Source: Auanema rhodensis (Eukaryota; Animalia; Nematoda). Taken from it: DNA of 64,000 nt. The stretch's first letter is position 1. Each line of letters starts with the position of its first letter. The notes under the pieces were generated by a model, which did not search any database, was not told the DNA's origin, and saw nothing but the letters and a program-made list of their open reading frames with translations. The stretch lies in assembly GCA_964057225.1 (NCBI GenBank), contig OZ059898.1, forward strand, positions 17,794,001 to 17,858,000, written 5' to 3'. Position numbers and translations under genes: made by a program. This document shows, one piece after another, positions 25,801 to 40,800 of this stretch.

Positions 25801-28800
25801 ATGATCGTTTGAAAAATGATGCATTAGTGTATGTTGAGTTTCCATGTACACTCAACATTGCTTCCAAAAACATTTTGACAAAAATTTTTTCGAAAAATTT
25901 CAAAATAATTTCGCAAAAAGTAAATGTTTTTAGACTTCTTTTTTCAAGGCAAAGACGATGGACAATGTTATTCAACGAAAAATTTAATTCTTCAGGGTGA
26001 AAATCGAGGATATAAGTGTGAACTTATATCAGTTGATATCTCGGTGCATTTTTAAGCTAGCGCAAATCCGATAACACAGATCGACGCAGCTTAAAAATCT
26101 GCATCGAATGCACTATACTACATTGAGAAACGCTTGATACAAAAATTAGTTATGATCGTTTGAAAAATGATGCATTAGTGTATGTTGAGTTTCCATGTAC
26201 ACTCAACATTGCTTCCAAAAACATTTTGACAAAAATTTTTTCGAAAAATTTCAAAATAATTTCGCAAAAAGTAGATGTTTTTAGATTTTTTTTTTCAAGG
26301 CAAAGACGATGGACAAGGTTATTCAACGAAAAAATTAATTCTTCAGGGTGAAAATCGAGGATATAAGTGTGAACTTATATCAGTTGATATCTCGGTGCAT
26401 TTTCAAGCTAGCGCAAATCTAATAACACAGATCGACGCAGCTTAAAAATCCGCATCGAATGCACTATACTAAATTGAGAAACGCTTGATACAAAAATTAG
26501 TTATGACCGTTTGAAAAATGATGCATTAGTGTATTTTGAGTTTCCATGTACACTCAACATTGCTTCCAAAAACATTTTGACAAAAATTTTTTCGAAAAAT
26601 TTCAAAATAATTTCGCAAAAAGTAGATGTTTTTAGATTTCTTTTTTCAAGGCAAAGACGATGGACAATGTTATTCAACGAAAAAATTAATTCTTCAGGGT
26701 GAAAATCGAGGATATAAGTGTGAACTTATATCAGTTGATATCTCGGTGCATTTTTAAGCTAGCGCAAATCTGATAACACAGATCGACGCAGCTTAAAAAT
26801 CCGCATCGAGTGCACTATACTACATTGAGAAACGCTTGATACAAAAATTAGTTATGATCGTTTGAAAAATGATGCATTAGTGTATTTTGAGTTTCCATGT
26901 ACACTCAACATTGCTTCCAAAAACATTTTGACAAAAATTTTTCCGAAAAATTTCAAAATAATTTCGCAAAAAGTAGATGTTTTTAGATTCCTTTTTTCAA
27001 GGCAAAGACGATGGACAATGTTATTCAACGAAAAAATTGATTCTTCAGGGTGAAAATCGAGGATATAAGTGTGAACTTATATCAGTTGATATCTCGGTGC
27101 ATTTTTCAGCTAGCGCAAATCTGATAACACAGATCGACGCAGCTTGAAAATCCGCATCGAATGCACTATACTACATTGAGAAACGCTTGATACAAAAATT
27201 AGTTATGATCGTTTGAAAAATGATGCATTAGTGTATGTTGAGTTTCCATGTACACTCAACATTGCTTCCAAAAACATTTTGACAAAAATTTTTTCGAAAA
27301 ATTTCAAAATAATTTCGCAAAAAGTAGATGTTTTTAGATTTTTTTTTTCAAGGCAAAGACGATGGACAAGGTTATTCAACGAAAAAATTTATTCTTCAGG
27401 GTGAAAATCGAGGATATAAGTGTGAACTTATATCAGTTGATATCTCGGTGCATTTTCAAGCTAGCGCAAATCTAATAACACAGATCGACGCAGCTTAAAA
27501 ATCCGCATCGAATGCACTATACTAAATTGAGAAACGCTTGATACAAAAATTAGTTATGACCGTTTGAAAAATGATGCATTAGTGTATTTTGAGTTTCCAT
27601 GTACACTCAACATTGCTTCCAAAAACATTTTGACAAAAATTTTTTCGAAAAATTTCAAAATAATTTCGCAAAAAGTAGATGTTTTTAGATTTCTTTTTTC
27701 AAGGCAAAGACGATGGACAATGTTATTCAACGAAAAAATTAATTCTTCAGGGTGAAAATCGAGGATATAAGTGTGAACTTATATCAGTTGATATCTCGGT
27801 GCATTTTTAAGCTAGCGCAAATCTGATAACACAGATCGACGCAGCTTAAAAATCCGCATCGAGTGCACTATACCACATTGAGAAACGCTTTATACAAAAA
27901 TTAGTTATGATCGTTTGAAAAATGATGCATTAGTGTATTTTGAGTTTCCATGTACACTCAACATTGCTTCCAAAAACATTTTGACAAAAATTTTTCCGAA
28001 AAATTTCAAAATAATTTCGCAAAAAGTAGATGTTTTTAGATTCCTTTTTTCAAGGCAAAGACGATGGACAATGTTATTCAACGAAAAAATTGATTCTTCA
28101 GGGTGAAAATCGAGGATATAAGTGTGAACTTATATCAGTTGATATCTCGGTGCATTTTTCAGCTAGCGCAAATCTGATAACACAGATCGACGCAGCTTGA
28201 AAATCCGCATCGAATGCACTATACTACATTGAGAAACGCTTGATACAAAAATTAGTTATGATCGTTTGAAAAATGATGCATTAGTGTATTTTGAGTTTCC
28301 ATGTACACTCAACATTGCTTCCAAAAACATTTTGACAAAAATTTTTCCGAAAAATTTCAAAATAATTTCGCAAAAAGTAGATGTTTTTAGATTTTTTTTT
28401 TCAAGGCAAAGACGATGGACAATGTTATTCAACGAAAAAATTAATTCTTCAGGGTGAAAATCGAGGATATAAGTGTGAACTTATATCAGTTGATATCTCG
28501 GTGCATTTTTAAGCTAGCGCAAATCTGATAACACAGATCGACGCAGCTTAAAAATCCGCATCGAGTGCACTATACTACATTGAGAAACGCTTGATACAAA
28601 AATTAGTTATGATCGTTTGAAAAATGATGCATTAGTGTATTTTGAGTTTCCATGTACATTCAACATTGCTTCCAAAAACATTTTGACAAAAATTTTTCCG
28701 AAAAATTTCAAAATAATTTCGCAAAAAGTAGATGTTTTTAGATTTTTTTTTTCAAGGCAAAGACGATGGACAAGGTTATTCAACGAAAAAATTGATTCTT

Positions 28801-31800
28801 CAGGGTGAAAATCGAGGATATAAGTGTGAACTTATATCAGTTGATATCTCGGTGCATTTTTCAGCTAGCGCAAATCTGATAACACAGATCGACGCAGCTT
28901 AAAAATCCGCATCGAATGCACTATACTACATTGAGAAACGCTTGATACAAAAATTAGTTATGATCGTTTGAAAAATGATGCATTAGTGTATTTTGAGTTT
29001 CCATGTACATTCAACATTGCTTCCAAAAACATTTTGACAAAAATTTTTCCGAAAAATTTCAAAATAATTTCGCAAAAAGTAGATGTTTTTAGATTTTTTT
29101 TTTCAAGGCAAAGACGATGGACAAGGTTATTCAACGAAAAAATTGATTCTTCAGGGTGAAAATCGAGGATATAAGTGTGAACTTATATCAGTTGATATCT
29201 CGGTGCATTTTTCAGCTAGCGCAAATCTGATAACACAGATCGACGCAGCTTAAAAATCCGCATCGAATGCACTATACTACATTGAGAAACGCTTGATACA
29301 AAAATTAGTTATGATCGTTTGAAAAATGATGCATTAGTGTATTTTGAGTTTCCATGTACACTCAACATTGCTTCCAAAAACATTTTGACAAAAATTTTTC
29401 CGAAAAATTTCAAAATAATTTCGCAAAAAGTAGATGTTTTTAGATTTTTTTTTTCAAGGCAAAGACGATGGACAATGTTATTCAACGAAAAAATTAATTC
29501 TTCAGGGTGAAAATCGAGGATATAAGTGTGAACTTATATCAGTTGATATCTCGGTGCATTTTCAAGCTAGCGCAAATCTAATAACACAGATCGACGCAGC
29601 TTAAAAATCCGCATCGAATGCACTATACTAAATTGAGAAACGCTTGATACAAAAATTAGTTATGACCGTTTGAAAAATGATGCATTAGTGTATTTTGAGT
29701 TTCCATGTACACTCAACATTGCTTCCAAAAACATTTTGACAAAAATTTTTTCGAAAAATTTCAAAATAATTTCGCAAAAAGTAGATGTTTTTAGATTTTT
29801 TTTTTCAAGGCAAAGACGATGGACAAGGTTATTCAACGAAAAAATTAATTCTTCAGGGTGAAAATCGAGGATATAAGTGTGAACTTATATCAGTTGATAT
29901 CTCGGTGCATTTTCAAGCTAGCGCAAATCTAATAACACAGATCGACGCAGCTTAAAAATCCGCATCGAATGCACTATACTAAATTGAGAAACGCTTGATA
30001 CAAAAATTAGTTATGACCGTTTGAAAAATGATGCATTAGTGTATTTTGAGTTTCCATGTACACTCAACATTGCTTCCAAAAACATTTTGACAAAAATTTT
30101 TTCGAAAAATTTCAAAATAATTTCGCAAAAAGTAGATGTTTTTAGATTTCTTTTTTCAAGGCAAAGACGATGGACAATGTTATTCAACGAAAAAATTAAT
30201 TCTTCAGGGTGAAAATCGAGGATATAAGTGTGAACTTATATCAGTTGATATCTCGGTGCATTTTTAAGCTAGCGCAAATCTGATAACACAGATCGACGCA
30301 GCTTAAAAATCCGCATCGAGTGCACTATACCACATTGAGAAACGCTTGATACAAAAATTAGTTATGATCGTTTGAAAAATGATGCATTAGTGTATTTTGA
30401 GTTTCCATGTACACTCAACATTGCTTCCAAAAACATTTTGACAAAAATTTTTCCGAAAAATTTCAAAATAATTTCGCAAAAAGTAGATGTTTTTAGATTC
30501 CTTTTTTCAAGGCAAAGACGATGGACAATGTTATTCAACGAAAAAATTGATTCTTCAGGGTGAAAATCGAGGATATAAGTGTGAACTTATATCAGTTGAT
30601 ATCTCGGTGCATTTTTCAGCTAGCGCAAATCTGATAACACAGATCGACGCAGCTTGAAAATCCGCATCGAATGCACTATACTACATTGAGAAACGCTTGA
30701 TACAAAAATTAGTTATGATCGTTTGAAAAATGATGCATTAGTGTATTTTGAGTTTCCATGTACACTCAACATTGCTTCCAAAAACATTTTGACAAAAATT
30801 TTTCCGAAAAATTTCAAAATAATTTCGCAAAAAGTAGATGTTTTTAGATTTTTTTTTTCAAGGCAAAGACGATGGACAATGTTATTCAACGAAAAAATTA
30901 ATTCTTCAGGGTGAAAATCGAGGATATAAGTGTGAACTTATATCAGTTGATATCTCGGTGCATTTTTAAGCTAGCGCAAATCTGATAACACAGATCGACG
31001 CAGCTTAAAAATCCGCATCGAGTGCACTATACTACATTGAGAAACGCTTGATACAAAAATTAGTTATGATCGTTTGAAAAATGATGCATTAGTGTATTTT
31101 GAGTTTCCATGTACATTCAACATTGCTTCCAAAAACATTTTGACAAAAATTTTTCCGAAAAATTTCAAAATAATTTCGCAAAAAGTAGATGTTTTTAGAT
31201 TTTTTTTTTCAAGGCAAAGACGATGGACAAGGTTATTCAACGAAAAAATTGATTCTTCAGGGTGAAAATCGAGGATATAAGTGTGAACTTATATCAGTTG
31301 ATATCTCGGTGCATTTTTCAGCTAGCGCAAATCTGATAACACAGATCGACGCAGCTTAAAAATCCGCATCGAATGCACTATACTACATTGAGAAACGCTT
31401 GATACAAAAATTAGTTATGATCGTTTGAAAAATGATGCATTAGTGTATTTTGAGTTTCCATGTACATTCAACATTGCTTCCAAAAACATTTTGACAAAAA
31501 TTTTTCCGAAAAATTTCAAAATAATTTCGCAAAAAGTAGATGTTTTTAGATTTTTTTTTTCAAGGCAAAGACGATGGACAAGGTTATTCAACGAAAAAAT
31601 TGATTCTTCAGGGTGAAAATCGAGGATATAAGTGTGAACTTATATCAGTTGATATCTCGGTGCATTTTTCAGCTAGCGCAAATCTGATAACACAGATCGA
31701 CGCAGCTTAAAAATCCGCATCGAATGCACTATACTACATTGAGAAACGCTTGATACAAAAATTAGTTATGATCGTTTGAAAAATGATGCATTAGTGTATT

Positions 31801-34800
31801 TTGAGTTTCCATGTACACTCAACATTGCTTCCAAAAACATTTTGACAAAAATTTTTCCGAAAAATTTCAAAATAATTTCGCAAAAAGTAGATGTTTTTAG
31901 ATTTTTTTTTTCAAGGCAAAGACGATGGACAATGTTATTCAACGAAAAAATTAATTCTTCAGGGTGAAAATCGAGGATATAAGTGTGAACTTATATCAGT
32001 TGATATCTCGGTGCATTTTCAAGCTAGCGCAAATCTAATAACACAGATCGACGCAGCTTAAAAATCCGCATCGAATGCACTATACTAAATTGAGAAACGC
32101 TTGATACAAAAATTAGTTATGACCGTTTGAAAAATGATGCATTAGTGTATTTTGAGTTTCCATGTACACTCAACATTGCTTCCAAAAACATTTTGACAAA
32201 AATTTTTTCGAAAAATTTCAAAATAATTTCGCAAAAAGTAGATGTTTTTAGATTTCTTTTTTCAAGGCAAAGACGATGGACAATGTTATTCAACGAAAAA
32301 ATTAATTCTTCAGGGTGAAAATCGAGGATATAAGTGTGAACTTATATCAGTTGATATCTCGGTGCATTTTTAAGCTAGCGCAAATCTGAAAACACAGATC
32401 GACGCAGCTTAAAAATCCGCATCGAGTGCACTATACTACATTGAGAAACGCTTGATACAAAAATTAGTTATGATCGTTTGAAAAATGATGCATTAGTGTA
32501 TTTTGAGTTTCCATGTACACTCAACATTGCTTCCAAAAACATTTTGACAAAAATTTTTCCGAAAAATTTCAAAATAATTTCGCAAAAAGTAGATGTTTTT
32601 AGATTTTTTTTTTCAAGGCAAAGACGATGGACAAGGTTATTCAACGAAAAAATTAATTCTTCAGGGTGAAAATCGAGGATATAAGTGTGAACTTATATCA
32701 GTTGATATCTCGGTGCATTTTTAAGCTAGCGCAAATCTGATAACACAGATCGACGCAGCTTAAAAATCCGCATCAAATGCACTATACTACATTGAGAAAC
32801 GCTTAATACAAAAATTAGTTATGATCGTTTGAAAAATGATGCATTAGTGTATGTTGAGTTTCCATGTACACTCAACATTGCTTCCAAAAACATTTTGACA
32901 AAAATTTTTTCGAAAAATTTCAAAATAATTTCGCAAAAAGTAAATGTTTTTAGACTTCTTTTTTCAAGGCAAAGACGATGGACAATGTTATTCAACGAAA
33001 AATTTAATTCTTCAGGGTGAAAATCGAGGATATAAGTGTGAACTTATATCAGTTGATATCTCGGTGCATTTTTAAGCTAGCGCAAATCTGATAACACAGA
33101 TCGACGCAGCTTAAAAATCTGCATCGAATGCACTATACTACACTGAGAAACGCTTGATACAAAAATTAGTTATGATCGTTTGAAAAATGATGCATTAGTG
33201 TATTTTGAGTTTCCATGTACACTCAACATTGCTTCCAAAAACATTTTGACAAAAATTTTTTCGAAAAATTTCAAAATAATTTAGCGAAAAGTAGATGTTT
33301 TTCGATTTTTTTTTTCAAGGCAAAGACGATGGACAATGTTATTCAACGAAAAATTTAATTCTTCAGGGTGAAAATCGAGGATATAAGTGTGAACATATAT
33401 CAGTTGATATCTCGGTGCATTTTTAAGCTAGCGCAAATCTGATAACACAGATCGATGCAGCTTAAAAATCCGCATCGAATGCACTATACTACATTGAGAA
33501 ACGCTTGATACAAAAATTAGTTATGATCGTTTGAAAAATGATGCATTAGTGTATTTTGAGTTTCCATGTACACTCAACATTGCTTCCAAAAACATTTTGA
33601 CAAAAATTTTTCCGAAAAATTTCAAAATAATTTCGCAAAAAGTAGATGTTTTTAGATTTTTTTTTTCAAGGCAAAGACGATGGACAATGTTATTCAACGA
33701 AAAAATTAATTCTTCAGGGTGAAAATCGAGGATATAAGTGTGAACTTATATCAGTTGATATCTCGGTGCATTTTCAAGCTAGCGCAAATCTAATAACACA
33801 GATCGACGCAGCTTAAAAATCTGCATCGAATGCACTATACTACATTGAGAAACGCTTAATACAAAAATTAGTTATGATCGTTTGGAAAATGATGCATTAG
33901 TGTATTTTGAGTTTCCATGTACACTCAACATTGCTTCCAAAAACATTTTGACAAAAATTTTTCCGAAAAATTTCAAAATAATTTCGCAAAAAGTAGATGT
34001 TTTTAGATTTTTTTTTTCAAGGCAAAGACGATGGACAAGGTTATTCAACGAAAAAATTAATTCTTCAGGGTGAAAATCGAGGATATAAGTGTGAACTTAT
34101 ATCAGTTGATATCTCGGTGCATTTTCAAGCTAGCGCAAATCTAATAACACAGATCGACGCAGCTTAAAAATCCGCATCGAATGCACTATACTAAATTGAG
34201 AAACGCTTGATACAAAAATTAGTTATGACCGTTTGAAAAATGATGCATTAGTGTATTTTGAGTTTCCATGTACACTCAACATTGCTTCCAAAAACATTTT
34301 GACAAAAATTTTTTCGAAAAATTTCAAAATAATTTCGCAAAAAGTAGATGTTTTTAGATTTCTTTTTTCAAGGCAAAGACGATGGACAATGTTATTCAAC
34401 GAAAAAATTAATTCTTCAGGGTGAAAATCGAGGATATAAGTGTGAACTTATATCAGTTGATATCTCGGTGCATTTTTAAGCTAGCGCAAATCTGATAACA
34501 CAGATCGACGCAGCTTAAAAATCTGCATCGAATGCACTATACTACATTGAGAAACGCTTAATACAAAAATTAGTTATGATCGTTTGGAAAATGATGCATT
34601 AGTGTATGTTGAGTTTCCATGTACACTCAACATTGCTTCCAAAAACATTTTGACAAAAATTTTTCCGAAAAATTTCAAAATAATTTTGCAAAAAGTAGAT
34701 GTTTTTAGATTTTTTTTTTCAAGGCAAAGACGATGGACAAGGTTATTCAACGAAAAAATTAATTCTTCAGGGTGAAAATCGAGGATATAAGTGTGAACTT

Positions 34801-37800
34801 ATATCAGTTGATATCTCGGTGCATTTTTAAGCTAGCGCAAATCTGATAACACAGATCGATGCAGCTTAAAAATCCGCATCGAATGCACTATACTACATTG
34901 AGAAACGCTTGATACAAAAATTAGTTATGATCGTTTGAAAAATGATGCATTAGTGTATTTTGAGTTTCCATGTACACTCAACATTGCTTCCAAAAACATT
35001 TTGACAAAAATTTTTCCGAAAAATTTCAAAATAATTTCGCAAAAAGTAGATGTTTTTAGATTTTTTTTTTCAAGGCAAAGACGATGGACAAGGTTATTCA
35101 ACGAAAAAATTAATTCTTCAGGGTGAAAATCGAGGATATAAGTGTGAACTTATATCAGTTGATATCTCGGTGCATTTTCAAGCTAGCGCAAATCTAATAA
35201 CACAGATCGACGCAGCTTAAAAATCCGCATCGAATGCACTATACTAAATTGAGAAACGCTTGATACAAAAATTAGTTATGACCGTTTGAAAAATGATGCA
35301 TTAGTGTATTTTGAGTTTCCATGTACACTCAACATTGCTTCCAAAAACATTTTGACAAAAATTTTTTCGAAAAATTTCAAAATAATTTCGCAAAAAGTAG
35401 ATGTTTTTAGATTTCTTTTTTCAAGGCAAAGACGATGGACAATGTTATTCAACGAAAAAATTAATTCTTCAGGGTGAAAATCGAGGATATAAGTGTGAAC
35501 TTATATCAGTTGATATCTCGGTGCATTTTTAAGCTAGCGCAAATCTGATAACACAGATCGACGCAGCTTAAAAATCCGCATCGAGTGCACTATACTACAT
35601 TGAGAAACGCTTGATACAAAAATTAGTTATGATCGTTTGAAAAATGATGCATTAGTGTATTTTGAGTTTCCATGTACACTCAACATTGCTTCCAAAAACA
35701 TTTTGACAAAAATTTTTCCGAAAAATTTCAAAATAATTTCGCAAAAAGTAGATGTTTTTAGATTCCTTTTTTCAAGGCAAAGACGATGGACAATGTTATT
35801 CAACGAAAAAATTGATTCTTCAGGGTGAAAATCGAGGATATAAGTGTGAACTTATATCAGTTGATATCTCGGTGCATTTTTCAGCTAGCGCAAATCTGAT
35901 AACACAGATCGACGCAGCTTGAAAATCCGCATCGAATGCACTATACTACATTGAGAAACGCTTGATACAAAAATTAGTTATGATCGTTTGAAAAATGATG
36001 CATTAGTGTATTTTGAGTTTCCATGTACACTCAACATTGCTTCCAAAAACATTTTGACAAAAATTTTTCCGAAAAATTTCAAAATAATTTCGCAAAAAGT
36101 AGATGTTTTTAGATTTTTTTTTTCAATGCAAAGACGATGGACAATGTTATTCAACGAAAAAATTAATTCTTCAGGGTGAAAATCGAGGATATAAGTGTGA
36201 ACTTATATCAGTTGATATCTCGGTGCATTTTTAAGCTAGCGCAAATCTGATAACACAGATCGACGCAGCTTAAAAATCCGCATCGAGTGCACTATACTAC
36301 ATTGAGAAACGCTTGATACAAAAATTAGTTATGATCGTTTGAAAAATGATGCATTAGTGTATTTTGAGTTTCCATGTACATTCAACATTGCTTCCAAAAA
36401 CATTTTGACAAAAATTTTTCCGAAAAATTTCAAAATAATTTCGCAAAAAGTAGATGTTTTTAGATTTTTTTTTTCAAGGCAAAGACGATGGACAAGGTTA
36501 TTCAACGAAAAAATTGATTCTTCAGGGTGAAAATCGAGGATATAAGTGTGAACTTATATCAGTTGATATCTCGGTGCATTTTTCAGCTAGCGCAAATCTG
36601 ATAACACAGATCGACGCAGCTTAAAAATCCGCATCGAATGCACTATACTACATTGAGAAACGCTTGATACAAAAATTAGTTATGATCGTTTGAAAAATGA
36701 TGCATTAGTGTATTTTGAGTTTCCATGTACATTCAACATTGCTTCCAAAAACATTTTGACAAAAATTTTTCCGAAAAATTTCAAAATAATTTCGCAAAAA
36801 GTAGATGTTTTTAGATTTTTTTTTTCAAGGCAAAGACGATGGACAAGGTTATTCAACGAAAAAATTGATTCTTCAGGGTGAAAATCGAGGATATAAGTGT
36901 GAACTTATATCAGTTGATATCTCGGTGCATTTTTCAGCTAGCGCAAATCTGATAACACAGATCGACGCAGCTTAAAAATCCGCATCGAATGCACTATACT
37001 ACATTGAGAAACGCTTGATACAAAAATTAGTTATGATCGTTTGAAAAATGATGCATTAGTGTATTTTGAGTTTCCATGTACACTCAACATTGCTTCCAAA
37101 AACATTTTGACAAAAATTTTTCCGAAAAATTTCAAAATAATTTCGCAAAAAGTAGATGTTTTTAGATTTTTTTTTTCAAGGCAAAGACGATGGACAATGT
37201 TATTCAACGAAAAAATTAATTCTTCAGGGTGAAAATCGAGGATATAAGTGTGAACTTATATCAGTTGATATCTCGGTGCATTTTCAAGCTAGCGCAAATC
37301 TAATAACACAGATCGACGCAGCTTAAAAATCCGCATCGAATGCACTATACTAAATTGAGAAACGCTTGATACAAAAATTAGTTATGACCGTTTGAAAAAT
37401 GATGCATTAGTGTATTTTGAGTTTCCATGTACACTCAACATTGCTTCCAAAAACATTTTGACAAAAATTTTTTCGAAAAATTTCAAAATAATTTCGCAAA
37501 AAGTAGATGTTTTTAGATTTCTTTTTTCAAGGCAAAGACGATGGACAATGTTATTCAACGAAAAAATTAATTCTTCAGGGTGAAAATCGAGGATATAAGT
37601 GTGAACTTATATCAGTTGATATCTCGGTGCATTTTTAAGCTAGCGCAAATCTGAAAACACAGATCGACGCAGCTTAAAAATCCGCATCGAGTGCACTATA
37701 CTACATTGAGAAACGCTTGATACAAAAATTAGTTATGATCGTTTGAAAAATGATGCATTAGTGTATTTTGAGTTTCCATGTACACTCAACATTGCTTCCA

Positions 37801-40800
37801 AAAACATTTTGACAAAAATTTTTCCGAAAAATTTCAAAATAATTTCGCAAAAAGTAGATGTTTTTAGATTTTTTTTTTCAAGGCAAAGACGATGGACAAG
37901 GTTATTCAACGAAAAAATTGATTCTTCAGGGTGAAAATCGAGGATATAAGTGTGAACTTATATCAGTTGATATCTCGGTGCATTTTTCAGCTAGCGCAAA
38001 TCTGATAACACAGATCGACGCAGCTTAAAAATCCGCATCGAATGCACTATACTACATTGAGAAACGCTTGATACAAAAATTAGTTATGATCGTTTGAAAA
38101 ATGATGCATTAGTGTATTTTGAGTTTCCATGTACACTCAACATTGCTTCCAAAAACATTTTGACAAAAATTTTTCCGAAAAATTTCAAAATAATTTCGCA
38201 AAAAGTAGATGTTTTTAGATTTTTTTTTTCAAGGCAAAGACGATGGACAATGTTATTCAACGAAAAAATTAATTCTTCAGGGTGAAAATCGAGGATATAA
38301 GTGTGAACTTATATCAGTTGATATCTCGGTGCATTTTCAAGCTAGCGCAAATCTAATAACACAGATCGACGCAGCTTAAAAATCCGCATCGAATGCACTA
38401 TACTAAATTGAGAAACGCTTGATACAAAAATTAGTTATGACCGTTTGAAAAATGATGCATTAGTGTATTTTGAGTTTCCATGTACACTCAACATTGCTTC
38501 CAAAAACATTTTGACAAAAATTTTTTCGAAAAATTTCAAAATAATTTCGCAAAAAGTAGATGTTTTTAGATTTCTTTTTTCAAGGCAAAGACGATGGACA
38601 ATGTTATTCAACGAAAAAATTAATTCTTCAGGGTGAAAATCGAGGATATAAGTGTGAACTTATATCAGTTGATATCTCGGTGCATTTTTAAGCTAGCGCA
38701 AATCTGAAAACACAGATCGACGCAGCTTAAAAATCCGCATCGAGTGCACTATACTACATTGAGAAACGCTTGATACAAAAATTAGTTATGATCGTTTGAA
38801 AAATGATGCATTAGTGTATTTTGAGTTTCCATGTACACTCAACATTGCTTCCAAAAACATTTTGACAAAAATTTTTCCGAAAAATTTCAAAATAATTTCG
38901 CAAAAAGTAGATGTTTTTAGATTTTTTTTTTCAAGGCAAAGACGATGGACAAGGTTATTCAACGAAAAAATTAATTCTTCAGGGTGAAAATCGAGGATAT
39001 AAGTGTGAACTTATATCAGTTGATATCTCGGTGCATTTTTAAGCTAGCGCAAATCTGATAACACAGATCGATGCAGCTTAAAAATCCGCATCGAATACAC
39101 TATACTACATTGAGAAACGCTTGATACAAAAATTAGTTATGATCGTTTGAAAAATGATGCATTAGTGTATTTTGAGTTTCCATGTACACTCAACATTGCT
39201 TCCAAAAACATTTTGACAAAAATTTTTTCGAAAAATTTCAAAATAATTTCGCAAAAAGTAGATGTTTTTAGATTTCTTTTTTCAAGGCAAAGACGATGGA
39301 CAATGTTATTCAACGAAAAAATTAATTCTTCAGGGTGAAAATCGAGGATATAAGTGTGAACTTATATCAGTTGATATCTCGGTGCATTTTTAAGCTAGCG
39401 CAAATCTGAAAACACAGATCGACGCAGCTTAAAAATCCGCATCGAGTGCACTATACTACATTGAGAAACGCTTGATACAAAAATTAGTTATGATCGTTTG
39501 AAAAATGATGCATTAGTGTATTTTGAGTTTCCATGTACACTCAACATTGCTTCCAAAAACATTTTGACAAAAATTTTTCCGAAAAATTTCAAAATAATTT
39601 CGCAAAAAGTAGATGTTTTTAGATTTTTTTTTTCAAGGCAAAGACGATGGACAAGGTTATTCAACGAAAAAATTAATTCTTCAGGGTGAAAATCGAGGAT
39701 ATAAGTGTGAACTTATATCAGTTGATATCTCGGTGCATTTTTCAGCTAGCGCAAATCTGATAACACAGATCGACGCAGCTTGAAAATCCGCATCGAATGC
39801 ACTATACTACATTGAGAAACGCTTAATACAAAAATTAGTTATGATCGTTTGAAAAATGATGCATTAGTGTATTTTGAGTTTCCATGTACACTCAACATTG
39901 CTTCCAAAAACATTTTGACAAAAATTTTTCCGAAAAATTTCAAAATAATTTCGCAAAAAGTAGATGTTTTTAGATTTTTTTTTTCAAGGCAAAGACGATG
40001 GACAATGTTATTCAACGAAAAAATTAATTCTTCAGGGTGAAAATCGAGGATATAAGTGTGAACTTATATCAGTTGATATCTCGGTGCATTTTTAAGCTAG
40101 CGCAAATCTGATAACACAGATCGACGCAGCTTAAAAATCCGCATCGAGTGCACTATACTACATTGAGAAACGCTTGATACAAAAATTAGTTATGATCGTT
40201 TGAAAAATGATGCATTAGTGTATTTTGAGTTTCCATGTACATTCAACATTGCTTCCAAAAACATTTTGACAAAAATTTTTCCGAAAAATTTCAAAATAAT
40301 TTCGCAAAAAGTAGATGTTTTTAGATTTTTTTTTTCAAGGCAAAGACGATGGACAAGGTTATTCAACGAAAAAATTGATTCTTCAGGGTGAAAATCGAGG
40401 ATATAAGTGTGAACTTATATCAGTTGATATCTCGGTGCATTTTTCAGCTAGCGCAAATCTGATAACACAGATCGACGCAGCTTAAAAATCCGCATCGAAT
40501 GCACTATACTACATTGAGAAACGCTTGATACAAAAATTAGTTATGATCGTTTGAAAAATGATGCATTAGTGTATTTTGAGTTTCCATGTACATTCAACAT
40601 TGCTTCCAAAAACATTTTGACAAAAATTTTTCCGAAAAATTTCAAAATAATTTCGCAAAAAGTAGATGTTTTTAGATTTTTTTTTTCAAGGCAAAGACGA
40701 TGGACAAGGTTATTCAACGAAAAAATTGATTCTTCAGGGTGAAAATCGAGGATATAAGTGTGAACTTATATCAGTTGATATCTCGGTGCATTTTTCAGCT